The notes beneath the pieces are model-generated. The model ran no database searches and was not told the DNA's origin. It saw only the letters and a program-made list of their open reading frames with translations. Made by a program: the position numbers and the translations under genes. Of a DNA stretch of 64,000 bases, positions 44,456-54,246 are shown in pieces (position 1 is the stretch's first letter; the number at the start of each line of letters is the position of its first letter). The stretch is from a virus, in the IMG/VR virus record IMGVR_UViG_3300044835_000075, positions 32,001 to 96,000 of that record. One strand, given 5' to 3'.

Positions 44456-44772
44456 GCAGGAAACGGAGACGGCGGCCTATGGGCAGACACAGGGGACGCG
44501 ATGAGGTCGGTGAATCACCGGATCCAGCAGGTGGACCGGGAGCTGCTGAGATTCGTTGGCCTGGGGACGGACCCGCAGGGGAGGGACCCGGCGAACCGGT
44601 TGCTCGACGAGCGGTTGATCTTGATGGACGAGCGGGACCGAGGGTTCCGTCTCACCGATCGCCGGAGGGTCACGCCGACCACTTGACGTTGCCGCCCGTC
44701 GACAGTCTGGAGCTGCCGACACCGATTTTCGACGAGATGATGAAGGGATCCGCGTGGCAGACAGCGAGCTGA
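44452..44772 (+). CDS. hypothetical protein
   Basis: GTGA overlap; low complexity. Confidence 0.35.
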   Translation: MSRKRRRRPMGRHRGRDEVGESPDPAGGPGAAEIRWPGDGPAGEGPGEPVARRAVDLDGRAGPRVPSHRSPEGHADHLTLPPVDSLELPTPIFDEMMKGSAWQTAS

Positions 44773-45071
44773 CCGAGGACCAGCGGCTACTGAAGGCCGC
44801 GTTGCTGGCCCTCAAGGACGTGCACACGGCGTGGGCGGTCGCGGTGGACGCGGTAGATGCGGTCACGGCGTCGGAGTGGGTCGAGGATGCCGACGCCGAG
44901 GAGATGGACAACCAGGTCGACGAGGTCGCCGCCGGGCTGGGCAGGGTGCTGGGGGGTCTGGCGGTCATCGCTGGCCGGTTGGCGCTGTCCGAACTGGTGG
45001 CGGCGGAGATCGCGGAGGTCGAGGCGGTGTCGGGTCCGCCGGACATCCGCGACAAGCTGGCCCGGGATTAA
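44754..45071 (+). CDS. hypothetical protein
   Basis: AAGGGA RBS; acidic helical. Confidence 0.55.
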   Translation: MADSELTEDQRLLKAALLALKDVHTAWAVAVDAVDAVTASEWVEDADAEEMDNQVDEVAAGLGRVLGGLAVIAGRLALSELVAAEIAEVEAVSGPPDIRDKLARD

Positions 45072-45079
45072 TCCAATAA

Positions 45080-45109
45080 TTGACTAGCCGCTCTCCTCTC
45101 GGCTAAGGT
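45080..45109 (+). promoter_or_regulatory. Repeated promoter, class II
   Basis: TTGACT-AGCC-N11-GGC-TAAGGT; GTTCCG at +37. Confidence 0.8.
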
Positions 45110-45147
45110 GCTCAGTGTTCCGCACCGCCGAGAGGAGAGCGTTTTTC

Positions 45148-45447
45148 ATGGCAAAGAAGTCCGCACCGGGGTCACGCACCCCGAAACTCGCCAGCCCCCG
45201 AGGCCCCGGCGCCAATCAGTTCGAGCCCACCGGGCCCATCGACTACATCGTCGAACTGCACCCCGATACCCCCGGCATCCCCCCCCACTTCGAACGCGTC
45301 GGCGCCAGCTCCCCCGCCGAGGCCTACTCGAAGGTAGCCCGCACGCTCACCGACGCCTGGCTCATCTACCGCCTCTACGTCGCCGTCGAACCCGTCGCCT
45401 GGCAGCCACTCGACGACGCCACCGGGTCGCCGCTGAAGGGCAGGTGA
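45148..45447 (+). CDS. hypothetical protein
   Basis: GAGGAG RBS. Confidence 0.65.
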   Translation: MAKKSAPGSRTPKLASPRGPGANQFEPTGPIDYIVELHPDTPGIPPHFERVGASSPAEAYSKVARTLTDAWLIYRLYVAVEPVAWQPLDDATGSPLKGR

Positions 45448-45450
45448 GAC

Positions 45451-46083
45451 GTGGCCAACGACAAACCCGGCCGCCCCGTCGACAAAGGCCCCTGCACCGC
45501 GCAGAAGCACAACCCGACGCCCCACGGCTACCGCCGGGGCTGCCGCTGCCCCGAGGCCCGCGCCGCGTGGACCGCCTACCAGTCCGACTACCAGGCCCGA
45601 CGCCGCACCGGTGAAGCCCGCCCCCGCACATTCAACCCCGAGACCCAGCTGATCAGGCAACGCGAGAAGCAACTACGAGAGGAGGCCGAGAAGATGCGCA
45701 AGTTCAAGCTCGCCCAGGACATCGCCGACCGCAACCACGCCCTCGCCGTCTGCGCCCAGCGCCGCCTGCGCGCCCTCATGCGCATCGGCTACACCCAAGC
45801 CAACCTCACCACCCTCACCGGCCTGGGCGCCACCACCATCATCAGCATCACCGGAAACAAGCCGGGAAGCATCCGGCCCGCCACCGCCGAACTGGTCAAA
45901 GCCGTCTACGACACCTGCCAGTTCATCCAAGGCCCCAGCAAAATCGCCGCGATGTACGCCCACGGGCGCGGCTACCTCCCCCCGGCCGCCTGGGATCCGC
46001 ACGACCTCGACGACCCCGACGCCGAACCCACCTGGCCCCGCCGCAAGCCCGCTGCCCAGCAGCTCAGGAGTTGCCCGTCATGA
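45451..46083 (+). CDS. actinophage DNA-binding protein (GCRC motif plus HTH)
   Basis: HGYRRGCRCPEA; RRLRALMRIGY...PPAAWD..LDDPDA.P. Confidence 0.7.
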   Translation: MANDKPGRPVDKGPCTAQKHNPTPHGYRRGCRCPEARAAWTAYQSDYQARRRTGEARPRTFNPETQLIRQREKQLREEAEKMRKFKLAQDIADRNHALAVCAQRRLRALMRIGYTQANLTTLTGLGATTIISITGNKPGSIRPATAELVKAVYDTCQFIQGPSKIAAMYAHGRGYLPPAAWDPHDLDDPDAEPTWPRRKPAAQQLRSCPS

Positions 46084-46337
46084 CCGACCCCGCCGCTGCC
46101 CTCGCCGCGATCATGGCCCGCCTCAACCGCTACATCGGCCAGCCGTGCACCGTGCCCACCCGCAAGGGGGGCCGCGTCACCGGCACCCTGTCCGGCTACG
46201 AACTGCGCGAGATCGACGGGTCGGTGTGGGTCACCTTCCGCGAACACGGCCGCCCCGTCGAAGCCACCGGCTACCCCGAGTCGGCGAAAACTCTCCCTTC
46301 TCAGCCTGCCCAGATCGAAGAGAAAGGCCAGCAGTGA
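46080..46337 (+). CDS. hypothetical protein
   Basis: AGGAG RBS; ATGA overlap. Confidence 0.6.
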   Translation: MTDPAAALAAIMARLNRYIGQPCTVPTRKGGRVTGTLSGYELREIDGSVWVTFREHGRPVEATGYPESAKTLPSQPAQIEEKGQQ

Positions 46338-46855
46338 TCACGATCGACATCACCATCACCGACGACGACAGCGACGAAAACGTATCCATCGGCTTCGCCG
46401 TCGCCAGCCCCGACCGCGTTCGGGCCGCCGTCGCCCGCGCCGCCAACGCGGCCTGCCTCGCCGGTGGCTACGAAACCCTGCAAGAGCAGGCCACCCGAGT
46501 CGCACCGCTCGTATTCCCGCCGTCGGAAGTGCAGCGCCGGGCATCCCGGTTGGCCGCCGCGATCGACTCGAAGTTCCCCGAGGAGCTTGACAAGGCGCGC
46601 ACCGCCCACCGGCTCGGGCAGCTCGCCAACCGCAACCGCGTCGCCACACGGACCGAGTTCGGTCCCACCATGACCCCCGGCGCGATCGAGACCCTCGACA
46701 CCGCGCTCGAAGCGCTCGGCGACCTGCTCGGCACGCTCAAGCGGATCAACCCGGAGTCGAGCACCGCCGACGGCCTGACCACGATCCCGGTCACCGAAGA
46801 GGTCACCTTCACCACGCACGGCGCGGCCTCGTTCATCGGAAAGGACGAGTCCTGA
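46334..46855 (+). CDS. hypothetical protein
   Basis: AAAGG RBS; GTGA overlap. Confidence 0.6.
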   Translation: MITIDITITDDDSDENVSIGFAVASPDRVRAAVARAANAACLAGGYETLQEQATRVAPLVFPPSEVQRRASRLAAAIDSKFPEELDKARTAHRLGQLANRNRVATRTEFGPTMTPGAIETLDTALEALGDLLGTLKRINPESSTADGLTTIPVTEEVTFTTHGAASFIGKDES

Positions 46856-47265
46856 TGCTGATCATCAAGGGTCCGGGCAAGGGCCGCACCGTGAGGGCGC
46901 ACCAGTGGTCGAACGACTGGATCTCAGCCGACGACGAGAACGGCAAACCGCTGATCCTCTCCCCGCGATCGGTGAGGCTCGACGACGAGGAGATCGCCCG
47001 CTTCCGCGCCACCCTCGACGCGACCCGAATCGGGTACTTCTGGAAGTGGTGGGAGCTGCTCGACGACGGCACCTTCCTGGGTATCCGGCCGCACCCCTCC
47101 GGCGGCGGCCTCGGCCTGAACAGCACCCGCACGATCCGCAAGTCCTCCGAAGAAGCAGGGCCGTGCACGTGCCAGCCGGTGGGCCGGATCTGCCGCCGCT
47201 GCAAGGCGCTCGGCCGCGAATTCAACGTGCCCGTCACCCAGGGGAAGGTCAGTACCGATGGATGA
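46855..47265 (+). CDS. hypothetical protein
   Basis: TGATG overlap; C-terminal CTC...CRRC. Confidence 0.6.
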   Translation: MLIIKGPGKGRTVRAHQWSNDWISADDENGKPLILSPRSVRLDDEEIARFRATLDATRIGYFWKWWELLDDGTFLGIRPHPSGGGLGLNSTRTIRKSSEEAGPCTCQPVGRICRRCKALGREFNVPVTQGKVSTDG

Positions 47266-47758
47266 CATCGTGTTCAGCCGCGTCACCGACGCGCCGACCA
47301 TCACCGGCAAGCAGGGCCAGATGCTCCGCACCGTCCTGTCCGAGGCCAACGCGCCCGGCCTGGGCTTCTCCTGGCTCGAAGTCACCATGCCCTCATCCGC
47401 CGAAGGCATCTCCGTCCCCCACGTGCACCGCTACAGCGCCATCGCGGTCCGGCTGCGCACCGGGCGGGGCGTCACCCTCACCGGCGACGACCTGAGCCAC
47501 TACGACGCACACGGCCCTGGCGAGGTGGTCGCGGTCAAAGCGAACGTCCTGCACGTCGCGGTCAACCTCGACCCCGGCCTGCCCGACGGCTCCGTCCCTG
47601 GCTTCACGATCGTCGGCGACGAGATCCGCAACGACCCGCACGGCAACAACGACGTCATCGCGTTCCCCGAGATGCACGACCTCGCCCGGCGCCGCGCCGC
47701 GCAGGTCCGCGCACTGGACGCGGCCGGTGCCCTGCTCGACCGGGGTGACCTGCCGTGA
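47258..47758 (+). CDS. cupin-domain protein
   Basis: PHVH...G.G...PGE.V.V.ANVLH..VN. Confidence 0.7.
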   Translation: MDDIVFSRVTDAPTITGKQGQMLRTVLSEANAPGLGFSWLEVTMPSSAEGISVPHVHRYSAIAVRLRTGRGVTLTGDDLSHYDAHGPGEVVAVKANVLHVAVNLDPGLPDGSVPGFTIVGDEIRNDPHGNNDVIAFPEMHDLARRRAAQVRALDAAGALLDRGDLP

Positions 47759-48006
47759 GCCAGCCGGAGGAACTGCCGTGGGTGACCGAGCAGGAGATCG
47801 TCGACACCGAGTGGTACCGCGACGGGGTGGAGTTCATGGACAGGACTGTCCGGGCCCGCGTCACCTCGCGCGGCTCGATGTCGTGGCTGCTGCCGGTGCA
47901 CATGCTGCCGCCGGGCGTGGACACCCTGATGGGTGTCCCGGTCCGCCGGGGGCCGGTGTCCAAGCCGATGGTGGTCTACCTCGCCGGTGAGGGGCTGGAC
48001 GGATGA
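47755..48006 (+). CDS. hypothetical protein
   Basis: GTGA overlap. Confidence 0.55.
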   Translation: MSQPEELPWVTEQEIVDTEWYRDGVEFMDRTVRARVTSRGSMSWLLPVHMLPPGVDTLMGVPVRRGPVSKPMVVYLAGEGLDG

Positions 48007-48407
48007 CGGTGTACGTGGACTCCGTGCAGATCCCGGAGACGGTGGACGGGCGGCGCGCCAAGTGGTCGCACCTGGCCAGCGACCAGTACGACCCGGCCGA
48101 GCTGCACGCGTTCGCGAAGCGAATCGGGCTCAAGCGGGAGTGGTTCCAGTGCCACTCGAAGATCCACACCGGGGTGGCGCCGCCGTGGCTGTGGCACTAC
48201 GACGTCACTGACTCCAAACGGGCCGCCGCGCTGGCCGCCGGTGCCGAGCTGCTCGTCGGCTGGTCACTCGGCCACATCATCACAGCCAAGCGGGACCGGT
48301 TCAACGCACTGTCCGAAGAGGACCAGGCAGCAGAGCAGGCGCGATGGAAATCCGTAGCGCTCGGCACCGACTCCTTTGACACGCCAACACTTTTCGGGGG
48401 CCAGTGA
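48003..48407 (+). CDS. DUF4031-family protein
   Basis: MTVYVD...WSHL.SD...ELHAFA..IG.KR.WFQ...HYDV..SKR..A.AAGA. Confidence 0.8.
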   Translation: MTVYVDSVQIPETVDGRRAKWSHLASDQYDPAELHAFAKRIGLKREWFQCHSKIHTGVAPPWLWHYDVTDSKRAAALAAGAELLVGWSLGHIITAKRDRFNALSEEDQAAEQARWKSVALGTDSFDTPTLFGGQ

Positions 48408-48622
48408 TGGCATACGCGCGGAAGGGCGAAGGCGGTAGCGACGTCCACGTCTACAGGTCCTCCCGAGGGCTTGTCTGCTGCGGGCGCACGATCACCTCGA
48501 CCGAGGCGATGGTCACCCACCTCGAAGAACACATGGACAACAACGACAACGTCCCGTGGGACGTGATTCCCAACCTGCGCGCCGACGACGCGGAGAACTT
48601 CCCGAAAGGACAACGATCATGA
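48404..48622 (+). CDS. hypothetical protein
   Basis: AYAR...SDV.VY...CC...HL.EH. Confidence 0.6.
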   Translation: MMAYARKGEGGSDVHVYRSSRGLVCCGRTITSTEAMVTHLEEHMDNNDNVPWDVIPNLRADDAENFPKGQRS

Positions 48623-49101
48623 ACGTGAGGAAGAAGTGGTTCGGCGGCCGGGGCACCGGCCGCGCACAAGGCGACTCGACGGCGGATCCGATCGGCACCT
48701 GCCGCCGCTCACCGGACGGCGAGTGGCTGGCGATCATGTGGCCGTCGCGTCCGAGCCCGTACATCTGGGCCGTCACCGACTACGTCGGCTCGGTCGGGTT
48801 CGAGCCCGCCGACCGGGTGGCGCACTGGCCGATCGTGGGCGCCGCGCCGGGTTCACCGGCGGCAGGCATGAGCCTCACGCCGCATCCGGCGCCGCCGAGG
48901 GTGGAGGAGAACCGGCTGACCGTGACGTCGGCGCCGCCGCCTGAGGACGGGGCGGTGTGCGCGAACACGCAATGCCAGCACGCCTACGCCGAGCACCGGG
49001 GCGGGATTTCCCGCACGAAGTGCGTGCACGCCGGGGACGACCGCCCCTGCCTGTGCCCGCGCTTCTACGTCGAGGCTCGGGGAGTCGGTGCACTGCTGTG
49101 A
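48619..49101 (+). CDS. hypothetical protein with C-terminal Cys/His cluster
   Basis: AAAGGA RBS; C..CQH...H...C...C.C..F. Confidence 0.6.
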   Translation: MNVRKKWFGGRGTGRAQGDSTADPIGTCRRSPDGEWLAIMWPSRPSPYIWAVTDYVGSVGFEPADRVAHWPIVGAAPGSPAAGMSLTPHPAPPRVEENRLTVTSAPPPEDGAVCANTQCQHAYAEHRGGISRTKCVHAGDDRPCLCPRFYVEARGVGALL

Positions 49102-49427
49102 GCACTGTCCCGATCGGCTACTTCCTCAACTCCGAGGCCTACTTCCACGACGCGCTGGGTGAGGACGACAAGCTCTCGATCGACGTGCACCCGGTCGAGG
49201 GGTACGACGGCGAAAGCTGGGAGTTCTACGCCCACATGGTCGACATCGACAGTTCCCCGTGTCTGGAACTGGAGTTCTATCACGACAGCGTGCAGGCCTT
49301 CGCCGACCGGCCGGACCTGTTCGTCGCCATCGCGGCCGCGAAGCCGAACACGTTGGACGAGTTTCGCGCGGTGCTCGACTCGGTCGGTGCCCGCGATGTC
49401 ACGACACGGACCAGGCCGACGTCATGA
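49098..49427 (+). CDS. hypothetical protein
   Basis: GTGA overlap. Confidence 0.6.
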   Translation: MSTVPIGYFLNSEAYFHDALGEDDKLSIDVHPVEGYDGESWEFYAHMVDIDSSPCLELEFYHDSVQAFADRPDLFVAIAAAKPNTLDEFRAVLDSVGARDVTTRTRPTS

Positions 49428-49609
49428 GACTGCCGCTGCGCTGGTACTGGAAGATCTATCCACTCAATGCCGTGGTGACGCGGGTGTGGATGGCGTGGAT
49501 GTGGCTCACCGGCCGCCCGTGGCGCGAGGGGCGCGGCGACATCAGTGGGCCGCCGGACTGGCTGCACCGCAGGGAACGCCAACGCAAACGAGAGGGCCGA
49601 AACCGATGA
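49424..49609 (+). CDS. small hypothetical protein
   Basis: ATGA overlaps. Confidence 0.45.
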   Translation: MRLPLRWYWKIYPLNAVVTRVWMAWMWLTGRPWREGRGDISGPPDWLHRRERQRKREGRNR

Positions 49610-49869
49610 ACGACACGCCACCCATCACCGATCCCGAGGTGATCCGCAAGGCCGAGCTGGCCGTCGACGGCTGGGATTTCGATCGCGAGTGGCCTGCCGA
49701 GGCGGTCAGGCCTGCCGCCGAGCGCCCGAACGGCGTCGCTTGGTCGGACGCCTACCTGCGGTCCGAGTCGGCGTTCCGCGCACCGATGGAGAAGTCGCTG
49801 ATCGAGCCGCCGACGCCCGCGCTCAAGCCGAACCGCGCCGAGCGCCGGGCACGCCGGAGGTCGAGGTGA
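49606..49869 (+). CDS. hypothetical protein
   Basis: C-terminal PNRAERRA motif. Confidence 0.55.
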   Translation: MNDTPPITDPEVIRKAELAVDGWDFDREWPAEAVRPAAERPNGVAWSDAYLRSESAFRAPMEKSLIEPPTPALKPNRAERRARRRSR

Positions 49870-50306
49870 GCGACAACCAGCGCCGGGAGGTGCTCAAGCA
49901 CAGGGTCGAGCACATCGTGCCGACCCCGCCGCCCTACGGCGGCACCATCAAGGACGTGAACCTGGCGATCCACCATGCGTTGCAGGAGATCAAGGCGCGC
50001 GGCGGCCGGATCGACTACGACGACGTGCTGCGCTTCGAGACCCGCGACGACGCGATCGTGGTCTTCTACGAGTACGACGAGGTGCTGCCGGATGTCTCGG
50101 CGGCGTCGAGCGACGACGATCTGTTTCAGGAGACTCACCCGGATGCCCGGGGGCGTGTGGCGTGGCCGGTGATGCCGGATGGCGAGTCCGCGCACGCGTC
50201 GGTGTCGTGCTGCGGTAGGGCTCCGTGTGTTGCCGGAGCATCTCGCTGGGTGCATCAGATGACGGGGCATGACGGGGTGTGGGTGCCGCCGCGCCAAATT
50301 GACTAG
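49866..50306 (+). CDS. hypothetical protein
   Basis: GGAGG RBS; TAG stop inside TTGACTAG of next promoter. Confidence 0.6.
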   Translation: MSDNQRREVLKHRVEHIVPTPPPYGGTIKDVNLAIHHALQEIKARGGRIDYDDVLRFETRDDAIVVFYEYDEVLPDVSAASSDDDLFQETHPDARGRVAWPVMPDGESAHASVSCCGRAPCVAGASRWVHQMTGHDGVWVPPRQID

Positions 50307-50328
50307 CCGCTGCTCTAGCGGCTAGAAT
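50299..50328 (+). promoter_or_regulatory. Repeated promoter, class II
   Basis: TTGACT-AGCC-N11-GGC-TAGAAT; GTTCCG at +36. Confidence 0.85.
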
Positions 50329-50361
50329 GCAGGCGTTCCGTACCGAGAGAGGAGAGGTCCC

Positions 50362-51525
50362 ATGGCTGACCGGGAAACACTGCATGAGTACTGGTCGACC
50401 GGGGCCGGTTCAATGCCACTTCGCGATGTGAAGAATGTCCGACCCGTCACCGACGGGTCGGACATTCCCGGCAACCAGTGGGACCTGAATGGCAAGCGGT
50501 ACGTCACCGTCAGCAAAGATGGTGGTGATATTTTCGTTAGCGAGGTGAAGCCCCCGCCGCTGCCGAAATCTATTCACATCTCCATGATCACCGTATTCGT
50601 CTGCCTCTACATCATGGACCTTGTCGGATTCGGGCCGATCGGCATAGCCCTCCTGGTCCCCCTGGTCTTTTCCTACCGGATGGTAGTGGCCAAGGTAACG
50701 ACCGCCCGGGGCGAGAAGTACTTCCGCAACACGCCGCCTCCCCCGAAGATCCTGAGCCGGGAAGAACTCGACGCACAGCTACTGAAACTCTCCCAGCCCG
50801 ATGAGGACCGCACCACCGAGCCCGCGCCGATCCCCCTGCCCGACCTGCTGCGCGACCGTGCGTGGAAACGGTGGAACGACGAGATCAGGACGTGCATCGA
50901 GATCGGCGAGAAGACCGAGAAAGCCAAAGGACCTGACGGTCGCGATAAGACTTGGTACACATTTTCGGATTATGAACCATCCCGACTCGACAGGTCGGGC
51001 GACAAAAACGAATTGCAGCGGAAAATACGGGCCGGAGAAGGATTGCTCAGGTCTTCCAGGGGGTTTCATTCCGTGAATGGTGATCGTATGCGAGTCGAAC
51101 GCCAAGTCAAAGAGTGGTGCCAGTTATTGGCGCACCGTGGCCTGATGGAATCGACGACAACCCCGCATGAAAATGACGGAAACATTGACCACGCCTTGGA
51201 CGCTGTGGCACAACTTCGTAGGACCATCAAAAACATGGGCGGCACCGAACGCTCACACAGCGCCTGCATCGAATTCGAGCAGAGAATTACCCAACTTCAC
51301 CGGCAGATCGGCAACTACCTGCGCAACGGCGAAAAGCCCAACGTCTACCTCAGGCTGGAAGAGCCCACCGTCCCCAACCTCGACCGCCCCTTCACCCTCG
51401 ACACCGACTGCCAGGAGGGCCACTACGGCCCGCACCCTATCCGCGAGATCCTCGACACCGACACCGGACGCCGCGTCCGGCGCGAATGCCAGTGGTGCCC
51501 CTCGCAGTGGACCGACCTCGCCTAG
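50362..51525 (+). CDS. membrane-anchored hypothetical protein (lower GC)
   Basis: GAGGAGAGG RBS; TM pair; C-terminal C..GH...C..C. Confidence 0.65.
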   Translation: MADRETLHEYWSTGAGSMPLRDVKNVRPVTDGSDIPGNQWDLNGKRYVTVSKDGGDIFVSEVKPPPLPKSIHISMITVFVCLYIMDLVGFGPIGIALLVPLVFSYRMVVAKVTTARGEKYFRNTPPPPKILSREELDAQLLKLSQPDEDRTTEPAPIPLPDLLRDRAWKRWNDEIRTCIEIGEKTEKAKGPDGRDKTWYTFSDYEPSRLDRSGDKNELQRKIRAGEGLLRSSRGFHSVNGDRMRVERQVKEWCQLLAHRGLMESTTTPHENDGNIDHALDAVAQLRRTIKNMGGTERSHSACIEFEQRITQLHRQIGNYLRNGEKPNVYLRLEEPTVPNLDRPFTLDTDCQEGHYGPHPIREILDTDTGRRVRRECQWCPSQWTDLA

Positions 51526-51536
51526 AAAGGCTGCCC

Positions 51537-51638
51537 GTGCACATCGCCACCACCATCGCGGCCTGGCTCGCGCTCGCCCTGAGCGGCGCCACCTTCGCCG
51601 TCATGGTCATCCTCTACCACCGGGCAGGCCGATCGTGA
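51537..51638 (+). CDS. small TM peptide (33 aa)
   Basis: AAAGG RBS; GTGA overlap with helicase. Confidence 0.4.
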   Translation: MHIATTIAAWLALALSGATFAVMVILYHRAGRS

Positions 51639-53944
51639 CCGACGACCCCGTCGGCCGCGCGCTCGTCGCCGCCGTCGACGCGCTGGCCATCCCCCGCTCC
51701 GAACTGGCCATGGCCGCCGGGCTCGCCTCCATCGCCCGCCGGGGCGTACCGCTCTCGCTCAAGCAGTCCCGCACCGCCTACCGCATCCTGACCCGCAGCA
51801 GGCCCGACATGGACGTGGCGGGCATCCCCATGCCGCCGGAGCCCGCCGAGCCGGTCGCCGCGCCACGGGCCGCCCAGGCCTCCCCGCCGCCGCCCAGCGC
51901 CGCGACGCCGGTCGCCCGCATCCGCTCCGACGGCAAGATCGGCGTCTACTCGCCGTACGCGCTGCGCGAGGCGATGAAGGAGATCCCCGGCGGCAAACCC
52001 ATCAAGACCGGCGGCCGATGGGAATGGGTCTTTCCCGCCTCCCCGTCATCCGCCTCCGCCCTCGTGGCCGCCCTGTCCCCGCACGGCGGCCAGTTCAGCG
52101 CGAAGGTGCTCGGCCTCGCCGCCGACCACGCCAGCCGGGGCAGCGCCAGCATGATGCTCGTCGACGGCTCCCCGCTGCCCGACGTCGACACCACCGGGCT
52201 GATCAAGCCCGGATTCGTCCTGTGGGACCACCAGATCCGCGCGGTGGAGTACTCGACCACCATGGTCGCGAGTCTGCTGGCGATCCCCATGGGCGGCGGA
52301 AAGACCCTGTCCACCATCACCGTCATGAACCGGGTCGCCGCCCAGGGCGCCAAGACCGTCGTCATCGTGTGCCCCAACAAGGTCCGGGGCGTCTGGCCGC
52401 GTGAAGTCCGCAAGTTCTCCGCACTCGGCTGGCACATCGTCAACGGCACCCGCGAAAGCAAGCGCGCCCACTCCGGCTACGTCTCGCTCGGCCTCGCCGA
52501 CCGGCTGCACCAAGCCGAGGAATGCCTGTTCGACTGCCGGTGCGGGGCGCCGGTGCACGCCGCCGTCGTCAACTACGAGGCGTTCGCCAACGACCCGTGG
52601 GGCGACTGGACCCCGCCCCGCCCGATCGATTTGCTCGTCATGGACGAGATCCACCGGATCAAGTCCTACAAGCTCAAGACGGCGAAGCGCCGACGCACGG
52701 TGTCCGGAGCGCTGGCGCAGTGGGTCAACTTCACCCACAAGCGCATCGGGCTGACCGGCACACCGATCCCCCAGTCCCCTTTGGACATCTACGGGATCTT
52801 CCGCGCACTCGACCCCGGCATCTTCGGCGGATCGTGGACCCAGTTCAAAAACCGCTACAGCATCGCGAACCCGCACATCGAGCAGATGATCGTCGGGTAC
52901 AAGAACGTCGAGGAGCTGGCCGAGAAGTTCTTCTCGATCACCTACCACCCCGAGATCGACCTCAACCTGCCCGCCGTCACCGACGTCACCCATGAGTTCG
53001 ACCTCGAAGCCCCCGCCCGCAAGGCGTATGAGTCGCTCGACAAAGAGCTGTGGGCCGACCTGTCCGGCTTCACCAACGCCGAGGCCGCCGCCGACCAGTG
53101 GGACGACGTCTACACCGAACTCAACCGCCTCATGGAGAACGGCGAGGACTACAGCCACCTCGAAGCCAAGCTCAACGAGCCCAGTCTCAGCGAGGGACGC
53201 GAGGTCTCCACCGTCACCCCGGCGAACGTCATGGTGCGGCTGCTGCGCTTGCAGCAGCTCACCGGCGGCACCGTCATCGACGACGAGGACAACCGCGTCC
53301 GCGTGTCCACGGCGAAGGCCGAACTGCTCGCCGACGTGCTCGACGAGATCGGCTGCACCCCGTCGACTGACACGCACACCACGGAGCCGGTGATCGTGTT
53401 CTGCCGGTTCCGCTCCGACCTCGACGCGGTCCGCGACGTCGCGCTCGCCGCGAAGTTGCGCTACGCGGAGGTGTCCGGTCGCCGCCACGATGGCCTGTCC
53501 CGGGATGCCGAGATGAACCCGGGCGCCGATGTCGTCGGAGTGCAGATCCAGTCAGGTGGCACCGGCGTCGACTTCACCCGCGCCCGGATCGGGATCTGGT
53601 ACTCCCTGGGCTACTCGCTTTCGGATTACCAGCAGGCCCGCAAGCGGCTCGACCGGCCGGGGCAGACCCGACCGGTGCTGATGATCCACCTGCTGGCGCG
53701 GGAGACAGCCGACTTCGACGTCTACGAGGCGCTGGAGAGTCGCCGGACGGTCATCGCGAACGTCATCAAGGCGCACGGGATCGATCCGGCCAAACTAGGA
53801 TTCCGCGACGCCCTGGGCGAAGCGGAGACAGACGACCGGCGCGTATCGGGCGCCGGTGCCGTGGAACTGCCGTTCGCGCGGCTGATGAAGTCCGAGGCGC
53901 TCCGCATGGGGGCGCCTGTGGGAAACCGGGAGGAACGCACGTGA
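51635..53944 (+). CDS. SNF2-family (SF2) helicase
   Basis: HQ..A, MGGGKT, VNYE, DEIH.IK, LTGTP, G.G.DFT.A, QA..R..RPGQ. Confidence 0.9.
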   Translation: MTDDPVGRALVAAVDALAIPRSELAMAAGLASIARRGVPLSLKQSRTAYRILTRSRPDMDVAGIPMPPEPAEPVAAPRAAQASPPPPSAATPVARIRSDGKIGVYSPYALREAMKEIPGGKPIKTGGRWEWVFPASPSSASALVAALSPHGGQFSAKVLGLAADHASRGSASMMLVDGSPLPDVDTTGLIKPGFVLWDHQIRAVEYSTTMVASLLAIPMGGGKTLSTITVMNRVAAQGAKTVVIVCPNKVRGVWPREVRKFSALGWHIVNGTRESKRAHSGYVSLGLADRLHQAEECLFDCRCGAPVHAAVVNYEAFANDPWGDWTPPRPIDLLVMDEIHRIKSYKLKTAKRRRTVSGALAQWVNFTHKRIGLTGTPIPQSPLDIYGIFRALDPGIFGGSWTQFKNRYSIANPHIEQMIVGYKNVEELAEKFFSITYHPEIDLNLPAVTDVTHEFDLEAPARKAYESLDKELWADLSGFTNAEAAADQWDDVYTELNRLMENGEDYSHLEAKLNEPSLSEGREVSTVTPANVMVRLLRLQQLTGGTVIDDEDNRVRVSTAKAELLADVLDEIGCTPSTDTHTTEPVIVFCRFRSDLDAVRDVALAAKLRYAEVSGRRHDGLSRDAEMNPGADVVGVQIQSGGTGVDFTRARIGIWYSLGYSLSDYQQARKRLDRPGQTRPVLMIHLLARETADFDVYEALESRRTVIANVIKAHGIDPAKLGFRDALGEAETDDRRVSGAGAVELPFARLMKSEALRMGAPVGNREERT

Positions 53945-54246
53945 CACACGAGAACGAAGGTGCTCAGCGCGAGGTGCGCACCGGGCCGGAGCTGTATCAG
54001 CTCGGGCTCGACTGGCTCGCCATTGCCCGCACCCAGTGGTCCATGCTGGTCGAGGAGGGGGCGGACGAGGTTGCGCATGAGACCAGCGCAGCGGGTGCAG
54101 CCGCCATCGCGGCCGCCGCGTTCGCCGGTGTCCAGGCCGCCGCGCTGGCGACCCTGTCCAGCGACGAGGCGAACGAACCGGCATTGAGCGAGGCGTGGCG
54201 CACCGTCGTCGGCGACACTGTCGATACTCCGGGAATGCCCGTATGA
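53941..54246 (+). CDS. hypothetical protein
   Basis: GGAGGA RBS; overlap coupling. Confidence 0.6.
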   Translation: MTHENEGAQREVRTGPELYQLGLDWLAIARTQWSMLVEEGADEVAHETSAAGAAAIAAAAFAGVQAAALATLSSDEANEPALSEAWRTVVGDTVDTPGMPV

